Shown in pieces: positions 1 to 22,929 of a stretch of DNA of 64,000 bases (positions are counted from its first letter, which is position 1; the number at the start of each line of letters is the position of its first letter). The DNA is from the human T2T-CHM13v2.0 reference genome, Homo sapiens: assembly GCF_009914755.1 (NCBI RefSeq), contig NC_060948.1; one strand, 5' to 3'. The notes beneath the pieces were generated by a model. The model saw only the letters and a list, made by a program, of their open reading frames with translations. It had not been told where the DNA came from and did not search any database. Made by a program: the position numbers and the translations under genes.

Positions 1-1166
<1,166 letters not shown>

Positions 1167-1736
1167 AGATCCATATTTTTTAAATGAAAAAAAATTTCAA
1201 AGGTACTCTGCTTGGTACAATAATCAAATGTATAAACTGAGGAATAAAACATAACCATGAAACCTACTTATAACTGCATATGGAAAATACAGAGGATAAT
1301 TTTTTAAATAACATATTTTGAAAGCCTTAACTAGTAATTTGAAGAGTTGGCATTTGAAAGGCCAGTATGAATATACCTTCAAAGCAGCAACACAGGTTCC
1401 CCATGAGAAAAAGCAAACACAGGGAAAATAAAAACACAAAGGTTCAATCTCTTCTGACCTTTGAAAGACACAGCACAGACAGTGGTCCTTAGGACGAAGA
1501 GCAGGAGACCCCTAATTCCGTCACCATGGCGATAGGGCATAAACATTGCTGGGTGAGGGCACAATCCACATTGTGAGGTCCAACTGCTGCCAGGAAGACA
1601 GGAGTGCTTTTACATAGACCGAAAGGTCATTGAAGGCTCAGAGTTTTGTTTCAAGAACTGAATCCCAAGCCCACACGTTATTAGGCTGCGCTTCTTAAAA
1701 CAAGTTATGAGATGGGAAAAAGGGCACCCACAAACA
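1167..1736. repeat. ~570 bp mixed-composition (HSATI-type) segment of the DYZ2 unit; representative copy, follows each of Alu copies 1-26
   Basis: Non-Alu, non-low-complexity block conserved in all 26 complete units. The HSATI name comes from known DYZ2 structure, not from a search. Boundaries are approximate. Confidence 0.8.
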
Positions 1737-3586
<1,850 letters not shown>

Positions 3587-5690
3587 AGATCCATATTTTT
3601 TAAATGAAAAAAAATTTCAAAGGTACTCTGCTTGGTACAATAATCAAATGTATAAACTGAGGAATAAAACATAACCATGAAACCTACTTATAACTGCATA
3701 TGGAAAATACAGAGGATAATTTTTTAAATAACATATTTTGAAAGCCTTAACTAGTAATTTGAAGAGTTGGCATTTGAAAGGCCAGTATGAATATACCTTC
3801 AAAGCAGCAACACAGGTTCCCCATGAGAAAAAGCAAACACAGGGAAAATAAAAACACAAAGGTTCAATCTCTTCTGACCTTTGAAAGACACAGCACAGAC
3901 AGTGGTCCTTAGGACGAAGAGCAGGAGACCCCTAATTCCGTCACCATGGCGATAGGGCATAAACATTGCTGGGTGAGGGCACAATCCACATTGTGAGGTC
4001 CAACTGCTGCCAGGAAGACAGGAGTGCTTTTACATAGACCGAAAGGTCATTGAAGGCTCAGAGTTTTGTTTCAAGAACTGAATCCCAAGCCCACACGTTA
4101 TTAGGCTGCGCTTCTTAAAACAAGTTATGAGATGGGAAAAAGGGCACCCACAAACATACGTATACATTATGTATATAATAATATACAGTATCATATATAT
4201 AATATATATAACCTATGTATAATATTGTTTTACATCCTGCATCTTATGTTATATATATTGTATAAAATATAATAATTGATAATATATAAGTTTTATATTT
4301 ATACAATATGACATATAGTATATATTATAATTTATGACATATATAATATATGTTATATATCATATATAGAATATATTATACGGTTAATATACGTATTAAA
4401 TATAAATTATACATTATGTATATTATATATAATATATCTGTTATATATAATAACCATTATGCATAATATATATATTATGTCTATGTTATATATAGTATAA
4501 AACAACATATAATAATATATAATTGTCTATGTAAAATGCGACATATAATATATATTATATTTTATAACATATGTAATATATATTATACATTATATATAAT
4601 ACGTTGTATGAATAATACCTATATTAAATATATATTATATGACTATGTTATTAATTACATGTCACATGTGTTATATATTATATATTTTACATAGAATATA
4701 CCGGTTGCATACAATATATACTATGTTACCTATAATGTATAATTTATTACATGTAAAATAAAGAATGCAATATATTATGTATAATTTATAATATACAATA
4801 TGTGGAATGTGATATATATAACATATAATATATGATATATGATATACAGTATATGATATATAACATACAATATATGATTCCTAATATATATGGTATACAA
4901 TATATATTTTATGATATGTATTCTATACGTTTTATATTCTGTTATATATAACTATTTGAAATTATATATAACTGTATAATATTTTATGTAAATATGTAAT
5001 ATAATATATATAACTATATAATATATTATATATAACTATATATTATGTTATATATACTTTTATAACATAATTTACATAAAATATCATAATATAATATATA
5101 TTATATTATTTCATATTACATAATATATATTACATATCACCAATATAACTAACATACATAATATTATAATATAGATTATATTGTGTTATATTAAATATCA
5201 TATATATCATGTATCATATATTCTATAATATATAATACACATTATATAATATGTATGTTGTCTATTATGTGATATATATAACTATATATATAATTATATT
5301 TTTATACATATAACTAGATAAACATGTAATTCTACATATTTTCATTTATAATATGTAGAATTATATAATCATATATAATTATTTATATTCTATAAAAAAT
5401 TTTATCATTATATAAATTATAATATATAAAAATTATAATATGTACTACAAATATATATATTATATATCATATATGCTATAGTTCCTTTGTTATATATCAT
5501 AATACATATAAATGTGTATTATGTTATCTATAATTATATAATTTCATATATAAGTTGTATAATATGTATCATATATTATATATGTTATGTAATATATATA
5601 GTATATATAAGATGACACAGGATAAATATTATATACTATGACATATAAAATATATGAGGTTATATGTTACATATAAGGCATAGCACATAA

Positions 5691-6005
<315 letters not shown>

Positions 6006-8108
6006 AGATCCATATTTTTTAAATGAAAAAAAATTTCAAAGGTACTCTGCTTGGTACAATAATCAAATGTATAAACTGAGGAATAAAACATAACCATGAA
6101 ACCTACTTATAACTGCATATGGAAAATACAGAGGATAATTTTTTAAATAACATATTTTGAAAGCCTTAACTAGTAATTTGAAGAGTTGGCATTTGAAAGG
6201 CCAATATGAATATACCTTCAAAGCAGCAACACAGGTTCCCCATGAGAAAAAGCAAACACAGGGAAAATAAAAACACAAAGGTTCAATCTCTTCTGACCTT
6301 TGAAAGACACAGCACAGACAGTGGTCCTTAGGACGAAGAGCAGGAGACCCCTAATTCCGTCACCATGGCGATAGGGCATAAACATTGCTGGGTGAGGGCA
6401 CAATCCACATTGTGAGGTCCAACTGCTGCCAGGAAGACAGGAGTGCTTTTACATAGACCGAAAGGTCATTGAAGGCTCAGAGTTTTGTTTCAAGAACTGA
6501 ATCCCAAGCCCACACGTTATTAGGCTGCGCTTCTTAAAACAAGTTATGAGATGGGAAAAAGGGCACCCACAAACTTACGTATACATTATGTATATAATAA
6601 TATACAGTATCATATATATAATATATATAACCTATGTATAATATTGTTTTACATCCTGCATCTTATGTTATATATATTGTATAAAATATAATAATTGATA
6701 ATATATAAGTTTTATAATTATACAATATGACATATAGTATATATTATAATTTATGACATATATAATATATGTTATATGTCATATATAGAATATATTATAC
6801 GGTTAACATACGTATTCAATATAAATTATACATTATATATATTATATATAATATATCTGTTATATGTAATACCCATTATGCATAATATATATATTATGTC
6901 TATGTTATATATAGTATAAAACAACATATAATAATATATAATTGTATATATAAAATGCGATATATAATATATATTATATTTTATAACATATGTAATATAT
7001 ATTATATATTATATATAATACGTTGTATGTATAATACCTATATTAAATATATATTATATGACTATGTTATTAATTACATGTCACATGTGTTATATATTAT
7101 ATATTTTACATAGAATATACTGGTTACATACAATATATACTATGTTACCTATAATGTATAATTTATTACATGTAAAATAAAGAATGCAATATATTATGTA
7201 AAATTTATAATATACCATATGTGGAATGTCATATATATAACATATAATATATGATATATGATATACAGTATATGATATATAACATACAATATATGATTCC
7301 TAATATATATGGTATACAATATATATTTTATGATATGTATTCTATATGTTTTATATTCTGTTATATATAACTATTTGAATTATATATAACTGTATAATAT
7401 TTTATGTAAATATGTAATATAATATATATAATATATAATATATTATATATAACTATATATTATGTTATATATACTTTTATAACATAATTTACATAAAATA
7501 TCATAATATAATATATATTATATTATTTCATATTACATAATATATATTACATATCACCCAATATAACTAACATACATAATATTATAATATAGATTATATT
7601 ATGTTATATTAAATATCATATATATCATGTATCATATATTCTATAATATATATTACACATTATATAATATGTATGTTGTCTATTATGTGATATATATAAC
7701 TATATATATAATTATATTTTTATACATATAACTAGATAAACATGTAATTCTACATATTTTCATTTATAATATGTAGAATTATATAATCATATATAATTAT
7801 TTATATTCTATAAAAAATTTTATCATTATATAAATTATAATATATAAAAATTATAATATGTACTACAAATATATATATTATATATCATATATGATATACT
7901 ACCTTTGTTATATATCATAATACATATAAATGTGTATTATGTTATCTATAATTATATAATTTCATATATAAGAGGTATAATATGTATCATATATTACATA
8001 TGTTATGTAATATATATAGTATATATAAGATGACACAGGATAAATATTATATACTATGACATATAAAATATATGAGGTTATATGTTACATATAAGGCATA
8101 GCACATAA

Positions 8109-8423
<315 letters not shown>

Positions 8424-10526
8424 AGATCCATATTTTTTAAATGAAAAAAAATTTCAAAGGTACTCTGCTTGGTACAATAATCAAATGTATAAACTGAGGA
8501 ATAAAACATAACCATGAAACCTACTTATAACTGCATATGGAAAATACAGAGGATAATTTTTTAAATAACATATTTTGAAAGCCTTAACTAGTAATTTGAA
8601 GAGTTGGCATTTGAAAGGCCAGTATGAATATACCTTCAAAGCAGCAACACAGGTTCCCCATGAGAAAAAGCAAACACAGGGAAAATAAAAACACAAAGGT
8701 TCAATCTCTTCTGACCTTTGAAAGACACAGCACAGACAGTGGTCCTTAGGACGAAGAGCAGGAGACCCCTAATTCCGTCACCATGGCGATAGGGCATAAA
8801 CATTGCTGGGTGAGGGCACAATCCACATTGTGAGGTCCAACTGCTGCCAGGAAGACAGGAGTGCTTTTACATAGACCGAAAGGTCATTGAAGGCTCAGAG
8901 TTTTGTTTCAAGAACTGAATCCCAAGCCCACACGTTATTAGGTTGCACTTCTTAAAACAAGTTATGAGATGGGAAAAAGGGCACCCACAAACATACGTAT
9001 ACATTATGTATATAATAATATACAGTATCATATATATAATATATATAACCTATGTATAATATTGTTTTACATCCTGCATCTTATGTTATATATATTGTAT
9101 AAAATATAATAATTGATAATATATAAGTTTTATAATTATACAATATGACATATAGTATATATTATAATTTATGACATATATAATATATGTTATATGTCAT
9201 ATATAGAATATATTATACGGTTAACATACGTATTAAATATAAATTATACATTATATATATTATATATAATATATCTGTTATATGTAATACCCATTATGCA
9301 TAATATATATATTATGTCTATGTTATATGTAGTATAAAACAACATATAATAATATATAATTGTATATATAAAATGCGATATATAATATATATTATATTTT
9401 ATAACATATGTAATATATATTATATATTATATATAATACGTTGTATGTATAATACCTATATTAAATATATATTATATGACTATGTTATTAATTACATGTC
9501 ACATGTGTTATATATTATATATTTTACATAGAATATACTGGTTACATACAATATATACTATGTTACCTATAATGTATAATTTATTACATGTAAAATAAAG
9601 AATGCAATATATTATGTAAAATTTATAATATACCATATGTGGAATGTCATATATATAACATATAATATATGATATATGATATACAGTATATGATATATAA
9701 CATACAATATATGATTCCTAATATATATGGTATACAATATATATTTTATGATATGTATTCTATATGTTTTATATTCTGTTATATATAACTATTTGAATTA
9801 TATATAACTGTATAATATTTTATGTAAATATGTAATATAATATATATAATATATAATATATTATATATAACTATATATTATGTTATATATACTTTTATAA
9901 CATAATTTACATAAAATATCATAATATAATATATATTATATTATTTCATATTACATAATATATATTACATATCACCCAATATAAGTAACATACATAATAT
10001 TATAATATAGATTATATTATGTTATATTAAATATCATATATATCATGTATCATATATTCTATAATATATATTACACATTATATAATATGTATGTTGTCTA
10101 TTATGTGATATATATAACTATATATATAATTATATTTTTATACATATAACTAGATAAACATGTAATTCTACATATTTTCATTTATAATATGTAGAATTAT
10201 ATAATCATATATAATTATTTATATTCTATAAAAAATTTTATCATTATATAAATTATAATATATAAAAATTATAATATGTACTACAAATATATATATTATA
10301 TATCATATATGATATACTACCTTTGTTATATATCATAATACATATAAATGTGTATTATGTTATCTATAATTATATAATTTCATATATAAGAGGTATAATA
10401 TGTATCATATATTACATATGTTATGTAATATATATAGTATATATAAGATGACACAGGATAAATATTATATACTATGACATATAAAATATATGAGGTTATA
10501 TGTTACATATAAGGCATAGCACATAA

Positions 10527-10841
<315 letters not shown>

Positions 10842-12946
10842 AGATCCATATTTTTTAAATGAAAAAAAATTTCAAAGGTACTCTGCTTGGTACAATAATC
10901 AAATGTATAAACTGAGGAATAAAACATAACCATGAAACCTACTTATAACTGCATATGGAAAATACAGAGGATAATTTTTTAAATAACATATTTTGAAAGC
11001 CTTAACTAGTAATTTGAAGAGTTGGCATTTGAAAGGCCAGTATGAATATACCTTCAAAGCAGCAACACAGGTTCCCCATGAGAAAAAGCAAACACAGGGA
11101 AAATAAAAACACAAAGGTTCAATCTCTTCTGACCTTTGAAAGACACAGCACAGACAGTGGTCCTTAGGACGAAGAGCAGGAGACCCCTAATTCCGTCACC
11201 ATGGCGATAGGGCATAAACATTGCTGGGTGAGGGCACAATCCACATTGTGAGGTCCAACTGCTGCCAGGAAGACAGGAGTGCTTTTACATAGACCGAAAG
11301 GTCATTGAAGGCTCAGAGTTTTGTTTCAAGAACTGAATCCCAAGCCCACACGTTATTAGGTTGCACTTCTTAAAACAAGTTATGAGATGGGAAAAAGGGC
11401 ACCCACAAACATACGTATACATTATGTATATAATAATATACAGTATCATATATATAATATATATAACCTATGTATAATATTGTTTTACATCCTGCATCTT
11501 ATGTTATATATATTGTATAAAATATAATAATTGATAATATATAAGTTTTATAATTATACAATATGACATATAGTATATATTATAATTTATGACATATATA
11601 ATATATGTTATATGTCATATATAGAATATATTATACGGTTAACATACGTATTAAATATAAATTATACATTATATATATTATATATAATATATCTGTTATA
11701 TGTAATACCCATTATGCATAATATATATATTATGTCTATGTTATATATAGTATAAAACAACATATAATAATATATAATTGTATATATAAAATGCGATATA
11801 TAATATATATTATATTTTATAACATATGTAATATATATTATATATTATATATAATACGTTGTATGTATAATACCTATATTAAATATATATTATATGACTA
11901 TGTTATTAATTACATGTCACATGTGTTATATATTATATATTTTACATAGAATATACTGGTTACATACAATATATACTATGTTACCTATAATGTATAATTT
12001 ATTACATGTAAAATAAAGAATGCAATATATTATGTAAAATTTATAATATACCATATGTGGAATGTCATATATATAACATATAATATATGATATATGATAT
12101 ACAGTATATGATATATAACATACAATATATGATTCCTAATATATATGGTATACAATATATATTTTATGATATGTATTCTATATGTTTTATATTCTGTTAT
12201 ATATAACTATTTGAAATTATATATAACTGTATAATATTTTATGTAAATATGTAATATAATATATATAACTATATAATATATTATATATAACTATATATTA
12301 TGTTATATATACTTTTATAACATAATTTACATAAAATATCATAATATAATATATATTATATTATTTCATATTACATAATATATATTACATATCACCCAAT
12401 ATAAGTAACATACATAATATTATAATATAGATTATATTATGTTATATTAAATATCATATATATCATGTATCATATATTCTATAATATATATTACACATTA
12501 TATAATATGTATGTTGTCTATTATGTGATATATATAACTATATATATAATTATATTTTTATACATATAACTAGATAAACATGTAATTCTACATATTTTCA
12601 TTTATAATATGTAGAATTATATAATCATATATAATTATTTATATTCTATAAAAAATTTTATCATTATATAAATTATAATATATAAAAATTATAATATGTA
12701 CTACAAATATATATATTATATATCATATATGATATAGTACCTTTGTTATATATCATAATACATATAAATGTGTATTATGTTATCTATAATTATATAATTT
12801 CATATATAAGATGTATAATATGTATCATATATTACATATGTTATGTAATATATATAGTATATATAAGATGACACAGGATAAATATTATATACTATGACAT
12901 ATAAAATATATGAGGTTATATGTTACATATAAGGCATAGCACATAA

Positions 12947-13261
<315 letters not shown>

Positions 13262-15362
13262 AGATCCATATTTTTTAAATGAAAAAAAATTTCAAAGGTA
13301 CTCTGCTTGGTACAATAATCAAATGTATAAACTGAGGAATAAAACATAACCATGAAACCTACTTATAACTGCATATGGAAAATACAGAGGATAATTTTTT
13401 AAATAACATATTTTGAAAGCCTTAACTAGTAATTTGAAGAGTTGGCATTTGAAAGGCCAGTATGAATATACCTTCAAAGCAGCAACAAAGGTTCCCCATG
13501 AGAAAAAGCAAACACAGGGAAAATAAAAACACAAAGGTTCAATCTCTTCTGACCTTTGAAAGACACAGCACAGACAGTGGTCCTTAGGACGAAGAGCAGG
13601 AGACCCCTAATTCCGTCACCATGGCGATAGGGCATAAACATTGCTGGGTGAGGGCACAATCCACATTGTGAGGTCCAACTGCTGCCAGGAAGACAGGAGT
13701 GCTTTTACATAGACCGAAAGGTCATTGAAGGCTCAGAGTTTTGTTTCAAGAACTGAATCCCAAGCCCACACGTTATTAGGCTGCGCTTCTTAAAACAAGT
13801 TATGAGATGGGAAAAAGGGCACCCACAAACATACGTATACATTATGTATATAATAATATACAGTATCATATATATAATATATATAACCTATGTATAATAT
13901 TGTTTTACATCCTGCATCTTATGTTATATATATTGTATAAAATATAATAATTGATAATATATAAGTTTTATAATTATACAATATGACATATAGTATATAT
14001 TATAATTTATGACATATATAATATATGTTATATGTCATATATAGAATATATTATACGGTTAATATACGTATTAAATATAAATTATACATTCTATATATTA
14101 TATATAATATATCTGTTATATATAATACCCATTATGCATAATATATATATTATGTCTATGTTATATATAGTATAAAACAACATATAATAATATATAATTG
14201 TATATATAAAATGCGACATATAATATTTATTATATTTTATAACATATGAAATATATATTATATATTATATATAATACGTTGTATGTATAATACCTATATT
14301 AAATATATATTATATGACTATGTTATTAATTACATGTCACATGTGTTATATATTATATATTTTACATAGAATATACCGGTTACATACAATATATACTATG
14401 TTACCTATAATGTATTATTTATTACATGTAAAATAAAGAATGCAATATATTATGTATAATTTATAATATACCATATGTGGAATGTCATATATATAACATA
14501 TAATATATGATATATGATATACAGTATATGATATATAACATACAATATATGATTCCTAATACATATGGTATACAATATATATTTTATGATATGTATTCTA
14601 TATGTTTTATATTCTGTTATATATAACTATTTGAAATTATATATAACTGTATAATATTTTATGTAAATATGTAATATAATATATATAACTATATAATATA
14701 TTATATATAACTATATATTATGTTATATATACTTTTATAACATAATTTACATAAAATATCATAATGTAATATATATTATATTATTTCATATTACATAATA
14801 TATATTACATATCACCCAATATAACTAACATACATAATATTATAATATAGATTATATTATGTTATATTAAATATCATCTATATCATGTATCATATATTCT
14901 ATAATATATATTACACATTATATAATATGAGTGTTGTCTATTATGTGATATATATAACTCTATATATAATTATATTTTTATACATATAACTAAACATGTA
15001 ATTCTACATATTTTCATTTATAATATGTAGAATTATATAATCATATATAATTATTTATATTCTATAAAAAATTTTATCTTTATATAAATTATAATATATA
15101 AAAATTATAATATGTACTACAAATATATATATTATATATCATATATGATATAGTACCTTTGTTATATATCATAATACATATAAATGTGTATTATGTTATC
15201 TATAATTATATAATTTCATATATAAGATGTATAATATGTATCATATATTATATATGTTATGTAATATATGTAGTATATATAAGATGACACAGGATAAATA
15301 TTATATACTATGACATATAAAATATATGAGGTTATATGTTACATATAAGGCATAGCACATAA

Positions 15363-15677
<315 letters not shown>

Positions 15678-17779
15678 AGATCCATATTTTTTAAATGAAA
15701 AAAAATTTCAAAGGTACTCTGCTTGGTACAATAATCAAATGTATAAACTGAGGAATAAAACATAACCATGAAACCTACTTATAACTGCATATGGAAAATA
15801 CAGAGGATAATTTTTTAAATAACATATTATGAAAGCCTTAACTAGTAATTTGAAGAGCTGGCATTTGAAAGGCCAGTATGAATATACCTTCAAAGCAGCA
15901 ACACAGGTTCCCCATGAGAAAAAGCAAACACAGGGAAAATAAAAACACAAAGGTTCAATCTCTTCTGACCTTTGAAAGACACAGCACAGACAGTGGTCCT
16001 TAGGACGAAGAGCAGGAGACCCCTAATTCCGTCACCATGGCGATAGGGCATAAACATTGCTGGGTGAGGGCACAATCCACATTGTGAGGTCCAACTGCTG
16101 CCAGGAAGACAGGAGTGCTTTTACATAGACCGAAAGGTCATTGAAGGCTCAGAGTTTTGTTTCAAGAACTGAATCCCAAGCCCACACGTTATTAAGCTGC
16201 GCTTCTTAAAACAAGTTATGAGATGGGAAAAAGGGCACCCACAAACATACGTATACATTATGTATATAATAATATACAGTATCATATATATAATATATAT
16301 AACCTATGTATAATATTGTTTTACATCCTGCATCTTATGTTATATATATTGTATAAAATATAATAATTGATAATATATAAGTTTTATAATTACACAATAT
16401 GACATATAGTATATATTATAATTTATGACATATATAATATATGTTATATGTCATATATAGAATATATTATACGGTTAATATACGTATTAAATATAAATTA
16501 TACATTCTATATATTATATATAATATATCTGTTATATATAATACCCATTATGCATAATATATATATTATGTCTATGTTATATATAGTAAAAAACAACATA
16601 TAATAATATATAATTGTATATATGAAATGCGACATATAATATATATTATATTTTATAACATATGTAATATATATTATATATTATATATAATACGTTGTAT
16701 GTATAATACCTATATTAAATATATATTATATGACTATGTTATTAATTACATGTCACATGTGTTATATATTATATATTTTACATAGAATATACTGATTACA
16801 TACAATATATACTATGTTACCTATAATGTATAATTTATTACCTGTAAAATAAAGAATGCAATATATTATGTAAAATTTATAATATACCATATGTGGAATG
16901 TCATATATTTAACATATAATATATGATATATGATATACAGTATATGATATATAACATACAATATATGATTCCTAATATATATGGTATACAATATATATTT
17001 TATGATATGTATTCTATATGTTTTATATTCTGTTATATATAACTATTTGAAATTATATATAACTGTATAATATTTTATGTAAATATGTAATATAATATAT
17101 ATAATATATAATATATTATATATAACTATATATTATGTTATATATACTTTTATAACATAATTTACATAAAATATCATAATATAATATATTATATTATTTC
17201 ATATTACATAATATATATTACATATCACCCAATATAACTAACATACATAATATTATAATATAGATTATATTATGTTATATTAAATATCATATATATCATG
17301 TATCATATATTCTATAATATATATTACACATTATATAATATGTATGTTGTCTATTATGTGATATATATAACTATATATATAATTATATTTTTATACATAT
17401 AACTAGATAAACATGTAATTCTACATATTTTCATTTATAATATGTAGAATTATATAATCATATATAATTATTTATATTCTATAAAAAATTTTATCATTAT
17501 ATAAATTATAATATATAAAAATTATAATATGTACTACAAATATATATATTATATATCATATATGATATAGTACCTTTGTTATATATCATAATACATATAA
17601 ATGTGTATTATGTTATCTATAATTATATAATTTCATATATAAGATGTATAATATGTATCATATATTACATATATTATGTAATCTATATAGTATATATAAG
17701 ATGACACAGGATAAATATTATATACTATGACATATAAAATATATGAGGTTATATGTTACATATAAGGCATAGCACATAA

Positions 17780-18094
<315 letters not shown>

Positions 18095-20198
18095 AGATCC
18101 ATATTTCTTAAATGAAAAAAAATTTCAAAGGTACTCTGCTTGGTACAATAATCAAATGTATAAACTGAGGAATAAAACATAACCATGAAACCTACTTATA
18201 ACTGCATATGGAAAATACAGAGGATAATTTTTTAAATAACATATTTTGAAAGCCTTAACTAGTAATTTGAAGAGTTGGCATTTGAAAGGCCAGTATGAAT
18301 ATACATTCAAAGCAGCAACACAGGTTCCCCGTGAGAAAAAGCAAACACAGGGAAAATAAAAACACAAAGGTTCAATCTCTTCTGACCTTTGAAAGACACA
18401 GCACAGACAGTGGTCCTTAGGACGAAGAGCAGGAGACCCCTAATTCCGTCACCATGGCGATAGGGCATAAACATTGCTGGGTGAGGGCACAATCCACATT
18501 GTGAGTTCCAACTGCTGCCAGGAAGACAGGAGTGCTTTTACATAGACCGAAAGGTCATTGAAGGCTCAGAGTTTTGTTTCAAGAACTGAATCCCAAGCCC
18601 ACACGTTATTAGGCTGCGCTTCTTAAAACAAGTTATGAGATGGGAAAAAGGGCACCCACAAACATACGTATACATTATGTATATAATAATATACAGTATC
18701 ATATATATAATATATATAACCTATGTATAATATTGTTTTACATCCTGCATCTTATGTTATATATATTGTATAAAATATAATAATTGATAATATATAAGTT
18801 TTATAATTATACAATATGACATATAGTATATATTATAATTTATGACATATATAATATATGTTATATGTCATATATAGAATATATTATACGGTTAATATAC
18901 GTATTAAATATAAATTATACATTCTATATATTATATATAATATATCTGTTATATATAATACCCATTATGCATAATATATATATTATGTCTATGTTATATA
19001 TAGTATAAAACAACATATAATAATATATAATTGTATATATGAAATGCGACATATAATATATATTATATTTTATAACATATGTAATATATATTATATATTA
19101 TATATAATACGTTGTATGTATAATACCTATATTAAATATATATTATATGACTATGTTATTAATTACATGTCACATGTGTTATATATTATATATTTTACAT
19201 AGAATATACTGATTACATACAATATATACTATGTTACCTATAATGTATAATTTATTACCTGTAAAATAAAGAATGCAATATATTATGTAAAATTTATAAT
19301 ATACCATATGTGGAATGTCATATATTTAACATATAATATATGATATATGATATACAGTATATGATATATAACATACAATATATGATTCCTAATATATATG
19401 GTATACAATAAATATTTTATGATATGTATTCTATATGTTTTATATTCTGTTATATATAACTATTTGAAATTATATATAACTGTATAATATTTTATGTAAA
19501 TATGTAATATAATATATATAATATATAATATATTATATATAACTATATATTATGTTATATATACTTTTATAACATAATTTACATAAAATATCATAATATA
19601 ATATATATTATATTATTTCATATTACATAATATATATTACATATCACCCAATATAACTAACATACATAATATTATAATATAGATTATATTATGTTATATT
19701 AAATATCATATATATCATGTATCATATATTCTATAATATATATTACACATTATATAATATGTATGTTGTCTATTATGTGATATATATAACTATATATATA
19801 ATTATATTTTTATACATATAACTAGATAAACATGTAATTCTACATATTTTCATTTATAATATGTAGAATTATATAATCATATATAATTATTTATATTCTA
19901 TAAAAAATTTTATCATTATATAAATTATAATATATAAAAATTATAATATGTACTACAAATATATATATTATATATCATATATGATATAGTACCTTTGTTA
20001 TATATCATAATACATATAAATGTGTATTATGTTATCTATAATTATATAATTTCATATATAAGATGTATAATATGTATCATATATTACATATGTTATGTAA
20101 TATATATAGTATATATAAGATGACACAGGATAAATATTATATACTATGACATATAAAATATATGAGGTTATATGTTACATATAAGGCATAGCACATAA

Positions 20199-20513
<315 letters not shown>

Positions 20514-22614
20514 AGATCCATATTTTTTAAATGAAAAAAAATTTCAAAGGTACTCTGCTTGGTACAATAATCAAATGTATAAACTGAGGAATAAAACATA
20601 ACCATGAAACCTACTTATAACTGCATATGGAAAATACAGAGGATAATTTTTTAAATAACATATTTTGAAAGCCTTAACTAGTAATTTGAAGAGTTGGCAT
20701 TTGAAAGGCCAGTATGAATATACCTTCAAAGCAGCAACACAGGTTCCCCGTGAGAAAAAGCAAACACAGGGAAAATAAAAACACAAAGGTTCAATCTCTT
20801 CTGACCTTTGAAAGACACAGCACAGACAGTGGTCCTTAGGACGAAGAGCAGGAGACCCCTAATTCCGTCACCATGGCGATAGGGCATAAACATTGCTGGG
20901 TGAGGGCACAATCCACATTGTGAGGTCCAACTGCTGCCAGGAAGACAGGAGTGCTTTTACATAGACCGAAAGGTCATTGAAGGCTCAGAGTTTTGTTTCA
21001 AGAACTGAATCCCAAGCCCACACGTTATTAGGCTGCGCTTCTTAAAACAAGTTATGAGATGGGAAAAAGGGCACCCACAAACATACGTATACATTATGTA
21101 TATAATAATATACAGTATCATATATATAATATATATAACCTATGTATAATATTGTTTTACATCCTGCATCTTATGTTATATGTATTGTATAAAATATAAT
21201 AATTGATAATATATAAGTTTTATAATTATACAATATGACATATAGTATATATTATAATTTATGACATATATAATATATGTTATATGTCATATATAGAATA
21301 TATTATACGGTTAATATACGTATTAAATATAAATTATACATTCTATATATTATATATAATATATCTGTTATATATAATACCCATTATGCATAATATATAT
21401 ATTATGTCTATGTTATATATAGTATAAAACAACATATAATAATATATAATTGTATATATAAAATGCGACATATAATATATATTATATTTTATAACATATG
21501 AAATATATATTATATATTATATATAATACGTTGTATGTATAATACCTATATTAAATATATATTATATGACTATGTTATTAATTACATGTCACATGTGTTA
21601 TATATTATATATTTTACATAGAATATACCGTTTACATACAATATATACTATGTTACCTATAATGTATTATTTATTACATGTAAAATAAAGAATGCAATAT
21701 ATTATGTATAATTTATAATATACCATATGTGGAATGTCATATATATAACATATAATATATGATATATGATATACAGTATATGATATATAACATACAATAT
21801 ATGATTCCTAATACATATGGTATACAATATATATTTTATGATATGTATTCTATATGTTTTATATTCTGTTATATATAACTATTTGAAATTATATATAACT
21901 GTATAATATTTTATGTAAATATGTAATATAATATATATAACTATATAATATATTATATATAACTATATATTATGTTATATATACTTTTATAACATAATTT
22001 ACATAAAATATCATAATATAATATATATTATATTATTTCATATTACATAATATATATTACATATCACCCAATATAACTAACATACATAATATTATAATAT
22101 AGATTATATTATGTTATATTAAATATCATCTATATCATGTATCATATATTCTATAATATATATTGCACATTATATAATATGTGTGTTGTCTATTATGTGA
22201 TATATATAACTCTATATATAATTATATTTTTATACATATAACTAGATAAACATGTAATTCTACATATTTTCATTTATAATATGTAGAATTATATAATCAT
22301 GTATAATTATATTGTATAAAAAATTTTATCATTATATAAATTATAATATATAAAAATTATAATATGTACTACAAATATATATATTATATATCATATATGA
22401 TATAGTACCTTTGTTATATATCATAATACATATAAATGTGTATTATGTTATCTATAATTATATAATTTCATATATAAGATGTATAATATGTATCATATAT
22501 TATATATGTTATGTAATATATGTAGTATATATAAGATGACACAGGATAAATATTATATACTATGACATATAAAATATATGAGGTTATATGTTACATATAA
22601 GGCATAGCACATAA

Positions 22615-22929
<315 letters not shown>

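Noticed and set aside
1224-1439. 71 aa minus-strand ORF repeated 26 times (MCFYFPC...)
   Set aside because: Short, Phe/Tyr/Cys-rich translation of T-rich satellite DNA with no recognisable domain and a non-ATG start. It persists because the array is homogeneous; the copies still show several amino-acid changes.
1379-1564. 61 aa minus-strand ORF repeated 26 times (MCPHPAM...)
   Set aside because: Overlaps the other ORF in a different frame, has a non-ATG first codon and resembles no family I recognise. An ORF this short is expected by chance.
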